Below are positions 49,869-62,268 of a stretch of DNA of 64,000 bases, in pieces (the first letter of the stretch is position 1; each line of letters opens with the position of its first letter). The position numbers and the translations under genes are program-made. The stretch is from contig NC_086097.1 in NCBI RefSeq assembly GCF_963921235.1, positions 223,822,001 to 223,886,000 of the forward strand, written 5' to 3'. The notes beneath the pieces are model-generated. The model searched no databases. It was not told the DNA's origin and was given only the letters and a program-made list of their open reading frames with translations. The DNA is from Mobula hypostoma (taxonomy: Eukaryota).

Positions 49869-50563
49869 TCAGCACTTCCCAAAACTTTCACCACTTGGAA
49901 GATCCAGGATAACAAAATCAAGGGAATCCCACCAGCTCGGAGTTTTCCTGAAAGAAGCACATTATCCTAACCTGGAGATGTATCACTCTGGGTAAATTGT
50001 GCATTGATCTCACTGGGCCAGTTCCCAGGGCAGTCAAATTTAACTCCAGAAGGTTTTGGAATAGTCACTTGTTATCTAGCTACAATTTTTATCCAGCATA
50101 TTTTCTTTACTATTGCCTTTGATGAGGTCCTAGTTAAAATAAACTGAAAGCACTGGAAAGGGGAAGAGTTGAGAAATGGAACTTGGGATCTGTTTTAGCA
50201 GGAACCACAGTGCACAACAAGGCAGAACAGCCTTTTACGATACAGATAGTTAAGGCTTTGAAGTAATGTCATAAAGTGGTGTTGAAATGAATTGCATAAT
50301 GATTGAACCTGAAAATAGATTGGAGGAGAAGTAGATTTATACCTTCAATTAAATTACACAACCACAATGAATGTAGCATAGTAGTGCAGGGAATGAATTT
50401 GTTGTTATTGATATTCATATTCCATGCGACAACAAAATAGGCCATTTGGCCCATCTAGTCTGCTAGCATTCAGAGCAGTCCCGTTAATCCCATTTCCTTG
50501 TAACCTATTCCCTCTCACATGATCACTGACATCCTACCACCCATTTATTACTTGGGTAATTTA

Positions 50564-50865
50564 GGCATCCGTTAGTCTCGTGAGACCATGGATTTGTGCC
50601 TTGGAAGGTTTCCAGGGTGCAGGCCTGGGCAAGGTTGTATGGAAGACCGGCGGTTGCCCATGCTGCAAGTCTCCTTTCTCCACGCCACTGATGTCGTTCA
50701 AGGGAAGGGCACGAGGGCCGATACAGCTTGGCACTGGTGTCGTCGCAGGACAATGTGTGGTTAAGTGCCTTGCTCAAGGACACAACACGCTGCCACAGCT
50801 GAGGCTCAAACTAGCGACCTTCAGATCACTAGACCGACACCTTAACCACTTGGCCACACGCCAAC
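50564..50865 (-). mobile_element. tRNA-head SINE with an RTE-like tail
   Basis: A box TGGCCAAGTGG, B-box-like AGTTTGAGCC; perfect 14-bp TSD ACTTGGGTAATTTA (50550-50563 and 50866-50879). Confidence 0.9.
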
Positions 50866-51719
50866 ACTTGGGTAATTTACTGCAGCCAATTAACCAACCT
50901 TCTAGTACACCTTCACTGGTGAAAGGAAATGGGATCCAGAAGTGGCTCAGATTTTTCTATCTTCAGAGTAGCTGGGAGGAATGGAGGTGAGGATGAGAAA
51001 TGTATCACAAAGAATGAATACTTTCTCAAGTAAACCTTCACATAGCGTATTTGATTCAGATGGAATATTGATAACTAGGAAATCTCCACAGTATCATAGA
51101 AGTGTGCATCAGACAATCTACAGCAGCAGCCAAAGGGTGGTATTCTGAAAAGACTTTCTTCCATTGGGAAGAAATAAGTCAAAGTGAACCGGAATGGGAG
51201 AGTGTCCCCGATCACACATTGGTGTTGTGCAGAGTACAGCTGTTCCACAAGTAGTCAGCCAGTGAAGCCAACACTAGGTACTCTGAGCACACCCCCAATA
51301 CTTCCATTCTTCACTGGCCTACCATGTTACCTGCACCTGAAGCAGAGAGAGGCACATTCAGCTGACACAGGGGAACTCCACACGGGCAGGTCAGGAGCAA
51401 ATCTGGATATCTTGTCCTGTGAGGAATTGTGTAAATATTTCACCACGATATTGCCTTTTATGCTATTGCTGGAATAATATTTGCTTTCTATATTATGATT
51501 TCAATATTTTTTGTCTTCTTACTTTAAATACTTGAAGAACAGTTCCCAGCTTCTTATCATAAAATCCTTGCTGATTTCCAGGAATGATGGTTGTGGCACA
51601 ATGGTTGTGGCTTCGTTGGACAAAAGGGAATTTGGGTTGTTCTTTGGTATCAGAGTTGGATTATTTATTCACGGAAACCCTGACAAGAAAGTGACTATCT
51701 AGGATTCCTCAACCTCTTC

Positions 51720-52480
51720 GGCTATTGTCTCCCCTCCTTCGCAGATACTCATTGACAAAGATTGTGGTTTTGTAATGAAGAAGATATGCAGCACCCAGCA
51801 GCCCACCGGACGTTTCAATACCTGCTCTGATAAGTAATGTATCAGAGCAAGTATTGAAATTAATTTCTTGTGGCTCAGTAGTGGTCCAGGCTGTACAACC
51901 ATCACTTCACCAAGCAGATATCTTGCTCTATCACATTTTATTTGTGGGCAGCATAGAGCCACAAGAAAAATCATCATTGGGTATTCCTTAACAAAAGAAA
52001 AATCTGCAGGTGCTGGAAATAAAAGCAACACACACAAAATGCTGGAAGAACTCAGCAGGCCAGATAGCATCTACGAGGGGCCTCGGCCTGAAATATTGAC
52101 TGTTTGCTCTGTTCCATAGATGCTGAGCTCCTCCAGCATTTTGTGTGTGTTGGTTGTTGCGCAGTAGCCAGTCTGACTCAGATGCAGATAGCATAGATAA
52201 CAACTGAGGAATGACAGTATTGGGGGTGCAGCCAGGACATCTGGTGCTGGCTCCACTGCCTGACTGCCTATGGTCAAACGCCAGCTGCAGGTTGAGGGGA
52301 TGGAATCTCTTCTTGCTGCAGTACACTTCTGAGGGGATATGTGGCAGCTGTACAACAGCGTAAAGTGCAGTCAATGGCACGCGTCACAATGGGGAAGCTT
52401 GCAGCATCTGTAGTGATGAAATGCAGTCAACTTTCCTTGAGCAGAGAGCTTCAGCGTCTGTCTTACAGGACAGTGGATGA
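51720..52480 (-). pseudogene. Decayed PIF/Harbinger (HARBI1-like) transposase split by a PLE fold-back (about 51989-52152)
   Basis: FPIVTRAIDCT; YCSKKRFHPLNLQLAFDHRQ..RCPG; WLLRN|KEYP, matching the family's WLLGDxGYP. Confidence 0.7.
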
Positions 52481-53020
52481 CAAGATACAAGGTATTTTAG
52501 AACTCCAGGCTGGAAAGTGCCCAACACATTAAAAGTCACCTTAATGGCCAATGGGTAATGCAGTTTTAACATTACTCTGAGGACACCATAGTGGCTGAAA
52601 CAGGTATTATGAGGTCACTGTTAGTGGAGCATGGAGGTTTGCTTCCTGCTGAGGATCAAGTAGGAGAAATTTTGTGACCATGGCTTCAAGTCAGTGCAAA
52701 AAACGTTCAACAGTTGTCACATCACCCCCTGTGGAATTTAGCAACTTCAAAGAAAGGCACCAAGTGTTTTCAGTAGAAAAGTTCAAAGTTCAAAGTAAAT
52801 TTGGTCTCAACATCACCACATACTACTCCGAGATCTGGAATTCAACCTGGGGCCGCCGGTTCTGTGCTAACCACTATGCTACAGTGCCACTTTGAACATT
52901 TCTTCCTGATGGTAGCAGCAAGAAGAGAGCATGGCCAAGGTGGTGGAGGTCATTGATGATGGACACTGCTTTCCTGAAACAGTGCTCCCTGTCGGTGTGC
53001 TCAGTGGTGGGGAGGGTTTT

Positions 53021-53252
53021 TGATGCACCATCAATAACTCCAAAAGACTGGAAGTAGAGTAAATACTGAAAGGCTTTTATTAGCAGTAAAATGTGACCTC
53101 CATCATACTGAGTATCTGCCCCTGGACTGAGGAGGAAAGCGATGGCGCAATCGCCTTTATTCAGGGGTCTGTGGGAGGAGCCACAGGAGCAGTCAGCAGA
53201 GGGGCATGTCCAGACAGGTAACCCAGTTACAACATGTATATGGTTTACCACA
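53021..53252 (-). mobile_element. Solo LTR in a Rex1-type fragment
   Basis: Same family as 42568-42809; flanks GTTTT/GCTTT. Confidence 0.88.
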
Positions 53253-53936
53253 GCTTTGCCTGTTACAGACTGAGTGGGCTCCTTACACCACTTTTTTTAG
53301 GCTTTTCCATTCTTGGGCATTGGTGTTGCCGTACAGAGCTGCGATGCAACCAATCAGCAACTAAAAGAATGCATGCAATGAGAATCTGAATCTAATGCGA
53401 TAAATGACAATTGATTCATTCTTTGTGATGCATTTCTTTTAGCTGCTGATTGTCCCTTTGAATAGCATCGCTGAGTGTCTATCTGAAAGCATGGTTGATA
53501 ATGCTGGATATACAGGCAGGTCAGGGGAAAACGAAATAACAACGATAACGTTTCAGGTTGTTAATCTTTAATAAAATCTCAGTGTTGCACTACGTGCGAT
53601 TAAGAAAGCATGAGTTTCAAAATGCCACTGTTGTGTCAAATGAGTATGCCAGCCCTGCTCCGCATTCCTTCAGCATGCATTAGCTACATACAGTAATGCC
53701 TTAACCAGTGTGGTATCGGAGACAACTCCCGTTGTTAATGTGTATGTGTGCGTGCAGTGCTGTTTTGGAATTGAAATTGCACTCTAAGTCCAACAGACTG
53801 CATGCTACAGATACTGAATTTTGTTTCTCCCCCAGCCCTTTTTCATGATTCAACAGCAGGAAAGGTTGATGGAACCAGAGGATTAATTGAGCCCCAAAGC
53901 GAGAGAAGTCTGCAAGGTTAATATTTTATAAAGCTG

Positions 53937-54098
53937 CATCAGTTGAAAGAACAATCCAATAGTTTAATCCATGGCCATTTTGCTAAGGTCAGTTCGGTGT
54001 TTTTGTGCCTTTATTATCACACTGAAGGAATATTGAAAATAACAATTCAGGGAGGCGGACAATTTGAACATGACTGTGTTGCTTATGTGATATATCCT
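53937..54098 (+). repeat. Local duplication, copy A (copy B at 57474-57636)
   Basis: 43-nt identical core within about 160 nt of alignable sequence. Confidence 0.92.
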
Positions 54099-54649
54099 TG
54101 GATCTGTTGTTTACTCTGATTGCCTATTATTTTCAACGTGCATAGACTAAAGTCGGCAAGTGCAGCATTCATTAGTACTCTTGTCCTTGCTCACTGAGGG
54201 AGGTTCTTGTCTGCCTGATCAAACCTGTAACAGTGCCTCTGACTTAAAATCCTTGTTTTTACATTTCATCCTCTCTCACACCTTGCTTCCCCCTATCATT
54301 TTAATCTCCCTACGCTACAACCTCTGCTATATTCTCTACCCTTGTGTGCAGCCTCCTGTTTCTCTTAATGTTACTGTTATCATTGGTGTCGTATCTCCAG
54401 CTGCTCGATCCCATGCTCTGGAATTAATTAAGCCCTTCCGCAAATCCCCACTGAAATACACCACAATTATTTATCACTGGTTACAAACACATCTTAAAAT
54501 TTGAAACATTTATTCTATATTGCATCTTCCAAGTTAGCATTAGAAGTGCCACAGTCAATTGAAAAGGTCATATTAAAATATGCAGAAACAAACAGTGATT
54601 AACATCTACTTTTGATTTTGTTTCTTGCTTGTCCATATATTGGACTCTG

Positions 54650-56446
54650 TTGTCGAAGGATTGAATGCCATTGCCTCCTTCAATGTAAACCAAGAGACAT
54701 AAATGACAAAAAAAGTTTCACTCCCAGATAAGCTCAAAGCCATTTATGCTCACTTTGACTGACAAAACATGAATGCAATCTCATGAACTCCCACAGCCCC
54801 TGACACCTCTGTGCTTTCAGTCTCTGAGGCCAACGTGAAGGCATCCTTCGGAATCCTTGAAAAGCATCTGGCCCAGATGGTACTACTGGATGAATACTGT
54901 GCTCATCAACTGGTTGGAGTGTTTACTGAGATCTTTAACCTCTCGCTTCAGCCGTCTGAGGTACCCACCTGCTTTAAGCTGGCTTCAATCATATCAGTGC
55001 TAAGAAGAACGCATTAATCTGCCTCAATGACTAACTCCCAGTAGCACTTACATCCATTGTGATGAAGTACTTTGAGAGGTTGGTCATGAGGCATATCAAC
55101 TCCTGCCTGAGGTGTGACTTGGATCCTCTCCAATTTGCTTACCGTCACGGTAGGTCAACAGCAGATGCCAGTTCATTGGCTCATCATTCAGCTCTGGAAA
55201 TTCGGAATGTGAAGATCAGGATGCTCTTCATTGATGACAGCTCAGCATTTAACACTATCATCCTCTTAAAACTAATCAATAAGCTCAAAATGCAAAGCCT
55301 CAATACCGCCTTGAGTAACTGGATCCTCAATTTCCTCACTTGAAGACCCCAGTCAGTTTGGATTGGCAACAACATCTCTTCCACAATCACTATCAGCACT
55401 GGTGCACCACAAGGCTGTGTGCTTAGCTCCCTGATCTACTCGCTTTACACTTCTGACCGTGAGGCTAAGCACAACTTCAATGCCATATTTAGGTTTGTTG
55501 ATGACACCACTGTCATCGGCCGAGTCCAAGGAAGTGATGAATTAGCATATATGAGGGAGACTGAAAATTTGCTTGAGTGGTGCCACAACAACAACCTCTC
55601 ACTCAATGTCAGCAAAACCAAAGAGTTGATTATTGACTATAGGAGGGAGAAATTGGGGGTCCACGAGCCAGTGCTCATTTGGGGACCAGAGGTGGAGAGG
55701 GTTATTAGCTTTCTGGGCATTATAATTTCAGAGGATCTGTCTGGGACCAGCACATAAATACCATTTCGAAGAAAGCACGGCTGCCAATGCCTCTACTTTC
55801 TTCGAGGTGTATGCAGATTCGGCATGTCATCTAAAACTTTGAGAAACTTCTACAGGCGCACGGTGGAGTGTGTCCTGGCTGGTTACATCACAGCCTGGTT
55901 TCGAAACGCCACTGACCAAGAGCAGAGAAGCCTACACAGAGTGGTGGATACAGCCCAGCCCATCACAGTAAAAGCCCTCCCACCATTGAGCACATCTACA
56001 AGGAGTGCTGCAGAATCCATCTTCAAGGACACCAGCCATCCAGGCCATACTCTCTTCTTGCTGCTACCATCGGGAAGGAGGTACAGGAGCCTTGGGTCCC
56101 ATACCAACAGGTTCAAGATCAGCTACTACTCTTGGGCCATTCGACTCCTGACATCTTCACTCACCACAACACTGAATTGATCACTGAACGCAACGTCTGG
56201 ACTCGCTTTCAAGGATTCCACCTCTCACGTTCACAATTTTGTTTTATTTATTTGTTTATTAGTATCATTATTACTCGGTACTTTTTGTACTTGCTCAATT
56301 TTTCAGTCTTCATTGATCCTATTTTACTTCCTTGTTCTATTTTACTTCCCTGTTCCTACTGTGAATGCCTGCAAAAATAAATTCCATTGTAGAATTGGGT
56401 GATGTACATGTACGCTGATAATACAATTTACTTGGAACTTTGAACT
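54650..56446 (+). mobile_element. Rex1/Babar-clade LINE, decayed RT
   Basis: [48 protein letters not shown]; (TTGAAC)n tail. Confidence 0.92.
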
Positions 56447-57473
56447 TCCATCATGGCAGATAGACAGGGCGGCAGTAATCTATGGATGGGTCTATGCCAG
56501 TTGTCAGGAACAGGGTGATTCAGACTCCTGGACACCAGCTTGCTTTGCACAGGTGGACTTGGTGTGCATGCTTCTGCTAATCACATTGTGTAAGGGCAAT
56601 GATGCGTCCACTTTTGTTATTTAACAGAGAAACTGAAAACACCGCAAATTCTTAGCAGATTTGGCAGCTCTCCTGGGAAGATAAACAGAGTTAATATTTC
56701 GGTTTGGAAACTCCCCTGCATCAGTCAGTGAATTTCTTTGGAGACCCACACAGGGCTTTCACTTCTCATTCTTCTAAGCTTGAGATTTAAAACCTATTCT
56801 GCTCTATTTTTCCTCAATTTAGCCTCTTCATACCAGGAAACTTGCACAGTTAGTGTAAGATTCCCTTGTGTTTGGCCTGGTTATTCTTTCCAGTGTTTTT
56901 CTGTTTTTACTTCAGACTTCCGGCATTTAACATGCATGGTACCGAATTTTATTTATAAATACTCTACACGACTGACATCCTGGGGTAATGAGTGGTTTAG
57001 ATTGACAGCTAGATCAGAGTTGGGGCTCTGCTAAAGGCAGGACAGTCAAATCCGTTTCAGGGGCAGATGACAACCAAGAGCTTCTAGCTCTGGACTGTAG
57101 CCTGCACTTTCCTTGGTAACAGTGTGACCTGCAAATCATTAACTCTGGCTTAATATTAGTCATGTAAGCAATGATTTATTGTGCTTCAGCTTTCAACATG
57201 ATGACAAATATCTTTGTTTTGATTTTTTTTTAAAGTGAAGGTTGTAAATGCTGTCATATCAAATAATTCTTACTGGTTTATAGCCTGATAGAACATATAT
57301 TTATTCCTCAGCCTAAAACTCTTCCATGTTTACTACCAGTATTCTTCTGGTTTGAAGGCCAGATGTTAGATCTCAGACTCACTAATGGAGTGGGGATTTG
57401 GCAATAAAAATGATTTTCTGGTTCTCAGAGTGTGCTTTGAAATACACTTATTGTATAGATAATAACAGAGCCC

Positions 57474-57636
57474 CATCAGTGGAAAGGATAATCCAATAGT
57501 TTAATCCATGGCCATTTTGCTAAGGTCAGTTCAGTGTTTTTGTGTGTTTATTACCACACTGAAGAAATATTGAAAATTACTATTCAGGGAGGTGGACAAT
57601 TTGGGTATGGCTGTGTCGCTTTTGTTATGATATCCT
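57474..57636 (+). repeat. Local duplication, copy B
   Basis: Aligns with 53937-54098. Confidence 0.92.
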
Positions 57637-58565
57637 CTGACATAAACAGGATGTGACCACAAGTCTAATATACCATAAATTCATTGCTTGTGCATTATAA
57701 AATGGTGGCACAGTTTGGAAAAGAATACGGTGTTTGTAATTGAACTGATGTTTACAAAGGGGCATGCGAGAGACCAGCTCCATTGGCTCGTTACAGAATA
57801 AAACGAGGTTACTTGAGGTCAGCAGCTGTTTCTGTTCACACTTTCATCACGGTTACTGTTTATCAAGGCTTTGATGTATTAGAGATGATCTTGGCTGACA
57901 CCATCACATACCTCTAATGCTCATCGGCTATCCGCTGGTAGCTGAGTGTGTTTTTGTATTTTATTTGATGCCCATTGTGTTTCCCATTATCCTGCTCCAG
58001 CTTGCTGTTTTTGCATTCTGCTCTTTTCCGTTTTACGGCAGATCTAAATGAACGTTGTCTCAGTACCTTTGGTCATGGCACACTCGATGATCTATACTTG
58101 TCACTTGTTACACGACGACTCTCATGAGTTTGAGAAGGAATTTGTCAACTGCTGTTCCATGCCAGCGTTCTTGGAGACGCATGAATGACAACTGTGTTGG
58201 ATACTGTGGCTTAATTGTGAATATGATTTCATTCTTCCTTCAGTTCCTCTGCGCAGAGCTGAATTTCTGCTACAGCCGAGCAGTTAATTCACCTGACAAC
58301 ATGCCACCTGCTAGAGTGAAGCACATGACAAAACTTTTCACTATTTCTAATGACAGTGGTTGGTATGAGGCAATGTGATTTCCTGGGAATTACTGACATG
58401 TTGACTCTGTATTCTTTGGAAAGCTGTTGATGATGAGCCAAAAATCCTTCAGGGAATGTGACCTAAAGGAACAGGTTGGGTGCGAGTTAAACTTGCTCAC
58501 TGGTACACAATACATGAAAATAATGACTTCCTTTTCTATGACATTTCAGATTAAGGGATCACTAT

Positions 58566-59378
58566 TCAAAGGTTCAAAGGTCCAAAGGTCAAATTTAATG
58601 TCAGAGAAATGTATACAATATACATCCTGAAATGCGTTTTCTTCGCAAACATTCATGAAAACAGAGGTGAACCAAAGAATGAATGACAGTTCAAAGTAAG
58701 AACCCGAGAGTATCCCCCCCCAGCTTCCCCCTCCCGCCCATAAGCGGCAGCGAGCAACAACGCCCCCTCCCCCCACTGGCAAAAAAAAAAGCAGGCATTG
58801 GCACCGCCACCGAGCACTCAAGCGTGAGCAAAGCAATAGCAAAGACACAGACTTTCAGTTACCCCAAGTACTTTGCATTTCACCCGGCATTCAACATCCC
58901 ACAGGTTCTCTCCCTCCTTAATAGGGGAGAAAGAGTTGTCTCCATTTTTCCAGTGAATGGGGAGGTCATAACAAACAACTCGCTGACTTACAATGTTAAA
59001 AGTCCGTTATGTCGCTCTTTCTAGCTCTGTGCCTGAAGATCTCAAACTTCAGGCCCACAGCAGTAGATTTTCCGACTCCCCCGACAACACACAGGTGTCC
59101 TGTCATGAACCGACCCTCGATCTGCCCATCTCCAGAGCACCGAGATCTTAGGCTTCCAAATGTGAGCCGGACTCTCAGGCCGAACCCATTGCGTGCTGAA
59201 CAACGGCCAGTCCTGAAAGCCTGAGAACGGGTCCCATTCCAGCAAAGAACTGAAGTTAGCGTGTAACTCCAGGTCACGATCTTCAAAAGAATCCTGAAAG
59301 GGAAAAATAAAGATATTAAAGATGGAAATAGAGCTGTTTCCAAAGATGCAAGCAGAGTCGCTGTTTAGCGCCATCTTA
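58566..59378 (-). mobile_element. Non-coding element with an AAGATGGCG 5' end and (TTTGAACC)n tail
   Basis: Sharp, CpG-retaining insert with a Rex1/L2-like 3' tail; no recognisable ORF. Confidence 0.65.
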
Positions 59379-60189
59379 ACTTCGCTTCAGTGTTATTTTC
59401 TAAGCATTCAAATTGAACAAGCAGTTATATTCAATTTAATCCCATTTATTTCACTGTTAACTTGGGATCCATGTGATATTATTATAATGCTATTGCTTAT
59501 TCATAACAACTGAACTTGCAGTATAATTCTAAAAGTTGTATTTTATCCTATTTATGGTACCATTGTTAACATGCATGAATTAAGACAAGTAAATTACTTT
59601 TATTTCATAAGTGATACAAATGCTGAGTTGAAGAGTTGGAACTATTTTTAGAAACTTGATTAAGGCCTTGAAGTTAAATTCCTATGTGCACTACGTTAAC
59701 CAAGTTGACAAAGGAATCTCAGCTCCCAAGCCTCCATAATAGACTGAACCAAATTTAATCCCCTGAAGGCAGCTCTTGTAGCACTTTTCTCAGAAGCTTG
59801 AAAGGGCTGGCATCAGATGATTCTACTTCTAAATGCAGAAGTCTGGGTTGGATGCTGATTCTCCTGGGTTGGTTTCTGTAACCACTGGAGATGAAATACT
59901 AAGAGGCTGCTGGGAGTTTCATTGGATGGCGTCCGTGATATCTCCCCACTGTTGTTGGGAACAACATATTTGTCTAACTAGGTTTTCCAAAATACACTGG
60001 AAAATTCAGCCCCCAGCCCTTTGTTCACATAAATGAGTATTACAATCAATGTAACTGAGAATTTTTATTTGTGAATCACACCCAAAATATAGGGAAAATT
60101 GTAAATCATGAAAAACTGAAAATTCAAAAATTGTGGTAGTACTTTATTGATCCCAAAGGACATTACAGTGTCACAGTAGCATTACAGGT

Positions 60190-60542
60190 GCACAGAGTCG
60201 ATGTGGAAGGGATGTTTCCCATAGTGGGGGAGTCTAGGACAAGAGGGCACAGCCTCATGATAGAGGTGTGTTCATTTATAATAGAGTTGTGGAGAAATTC
60301 CTTCAGCCAGGGGATGGTGAATTTGTGGAAATTGTTATCACAGGCACTGTGGATGCCAGGTTGTTGGGTGTATTTAAGGCAGAGATTGATAGATTCTTGA
60401 TTGGACATGGCATCAAAGGTTATAGGAAGAAGGCTGGGGAGTGGGTCTGAGGGGGGGGGAAAAGGGTCAGCCATGATTGAATAGCAGAGCAGACTCAATG
60501 GGCCAAATGGCCTGATTCTGCTCCTGTGTCTTATGGTTTTAT
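60190..60542 (+). mobile_element. CR1 3' fragment
   Basis: RVDVEGMFPIVGESRTRGHSL. Confidence 0.9.
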
Positions 60543-60589
60543 GTGTTTGTACAAATATTAGAAGAGAAGTAAGAACCAATAAAAAATAA

Positions 60590-61135
60590 GTTACCTCAAA
60601 CAGTCCAACGGGAGGGGGTCATCACTTCCCCAGGCTATAGGTTAACTCATTATAGCGTCTAATGGCCGAGGGTAAGAATGACCTCATATAGCGCTCTTTG
60701 GAGCAGTGCATTTGTTTTAGTCTATTACTAAAAGTGCTCCTTTGTTCAGCCAGGGTGGCATGCAGAGGGTGAAACATTATCCGGAATTTCTAGGATTTTC
60801 TGTAGGGTCCTTTGTTCTACCACAGCTTCCAGTGCATCCAGTTTGACTCCTATAACAGAGCCAGGCTTTCTCATCAGTTTATTGAGCCTGTTCACATCAC
60901 CCGTATTGCAGTCATTGCCCCGGCACACCACTGCATAGAGGATTGTACTGATGACACCAGACTGGTAGAACATGTGAAGGAAAGGCCCGCATACTCCAAA
61001 GGACCTCAGTCTCCTCAGGAAGCAGAGCCGACTTTAGCCCTTCTTATACACAGCTCTCCGCTTCAAGTCTGTCATCCAGGTGCACTTCCAGGTACTTGTC
61101 GGTCCTCACCACATCCACTTCCTCACCATCAATAG
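60590..61135 (-). mobile_element. Rex1/Babar RT C-terminal fragment
   Basis: MFYQSGVISTILYAVVC.G..RLNKL.RK.GSVIG. Confidence 0.85.
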
Positions 61136-61139
61136 TAAC

Positions 61140-61287
61140 AGGAAGCAGTGGGGTGGTAGGTGAGGACAAGAGGAACCCCATCCCTGGTAGGGTGGCGAGA
61201 GGATGGGGTAAGAGCAGATGGGTGTGAAATGGAAGAGATGCGGGTGAGGGCAGGCTTGATGGTGGAGGAAGGGAAGCCCCTTTCTTT
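61140..61287 (-). mobile_element. Penelope-like fragment, target of the Gypsy insertion
   Basis: KERGFPSSTI..ALTPSSRHPTRDGVPLVLTYHPT. Confidence 0.9.
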
Positions 61288-62169
61288 TGTTACGAGAATA
61301 CACATAAAATTAAGATGTTTGCTGGCCTGGGCTAGCATCAGTGGCATCAGCAGTTGGTCTGCCACCTGCCCTCAGGGGAAGGAGAGATAAGGAACAATGG
61401 AGCAGCGTCTGGAGATGTGTAATGAAGGGATGTGGGAGGAAGAGCTGTCTGGAGCGGCTCCCCCCTTTGAGCCCTGAACTGTTTGAAGTGATGGACAGGC
61501 GATACCCCAGCAGGGGGATAAAAAGGGACAGGTTCGCTAAGACAGACACACACGCCACCCGAGGTAACGAGACCCTGGAAGCGGTGCGCTTCTCACGAGT
61601 GGGTGAGAAGTCCCAGACAACGACAAGGGTGGAAAGGTACGATCAGCGGGAACCCGGTGTGTGTCCGCCCTTGCCTGGGTGCCGGGTTCACTGCAGAGGA
61701 TCGACCGCATCTGGAGGAGGGGTCACAGTCGGTGACCTCAGGTGACATCACCAAGGACCCGCCCAAAAAGCTGCTTGTGAGCAAATCTCACCGGTCTGTG
61801 AGCCATCTTGCTGGTCTGTGAGTGAAGCCGTTCTGAATGATGAGTTGTTCCTATTCTATCTCTCTCTTCCCCCACATTGTCCACCGCCATGGCAACGATT
61901 ACTGCGAACTGAACTACTAAACTGGACTGAACTTTGAGTCATTTTGAAATTGGTCATTTACCCCTAGACAACGATAGAGCTTGATTGATGCTGTTATCTT
62001 AATTCTGTGCACATGTGTGTTTATCATCACTGAACTGTTGCATTTATTATCCTTTCGATTACTGTGTTGCTTGTTTCTGTAATAAAACTTTCTTAGTTCT
62101 AGTACTCCAGACTCCAACTGAGTGATCCATTTCTGCTGGTTTGGCAACCCAGTTACGGGGTACGTAACA
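61288..62169 (+). mobile_element. 5' LTR (882 bp) of a young Gypsy element
   Basis: Terminal inverted repeat TGTTACG...CGTAACA; TATA-like GATAAAAAGG near 61517; AATAAA at 62081. Confidence 0.92.
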
Positions 62170-62173
62170 TAAG

Positions 62174-62198
62174 TGGGGTTCTCGTCCGCGATTTTGAA
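62174..62198 (+). promoter_or_regulatory. Primer-binding site, tRNA-Pro-like
   Basis: TGGGGTTCTCGTCCGCGATTTTGAAC is close to the complement of the tRNA-Pro 3' end (TGGGGGCTCGTCCGGGATTTGAAC). Confidence 0.8.
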
Positions 62199-62268
62199 CG
62201 CTAAATTTGGGACGGAGTAAATTGATTGGGTTAAAATTCCCGAAAGAAAGAAAAGACAAACAGCAGAA

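Noticed and set aside
51720..52480. Functional HARBI1 gene
   Set aside because: Catalytic motifs are degenerate and the frame is broken by a PLE insertion.
53836..53916. Possible 81-nt symmetrical host exon (LFHDSTAGKVDGTRGLIEPQSERSLQ) after TTTCTCCCCCAG
   Set aside because: Good acceptor but weak donor (GTTAAT) and an unrecognised peptide; cannot be supported without RNA-seq or homology.
58244..58362. Possible exon after TTCATTCTTCCTTCAG
   Set aside because: Splice-like signals only, with no recognisable protein; expected by chance in 64 kb.
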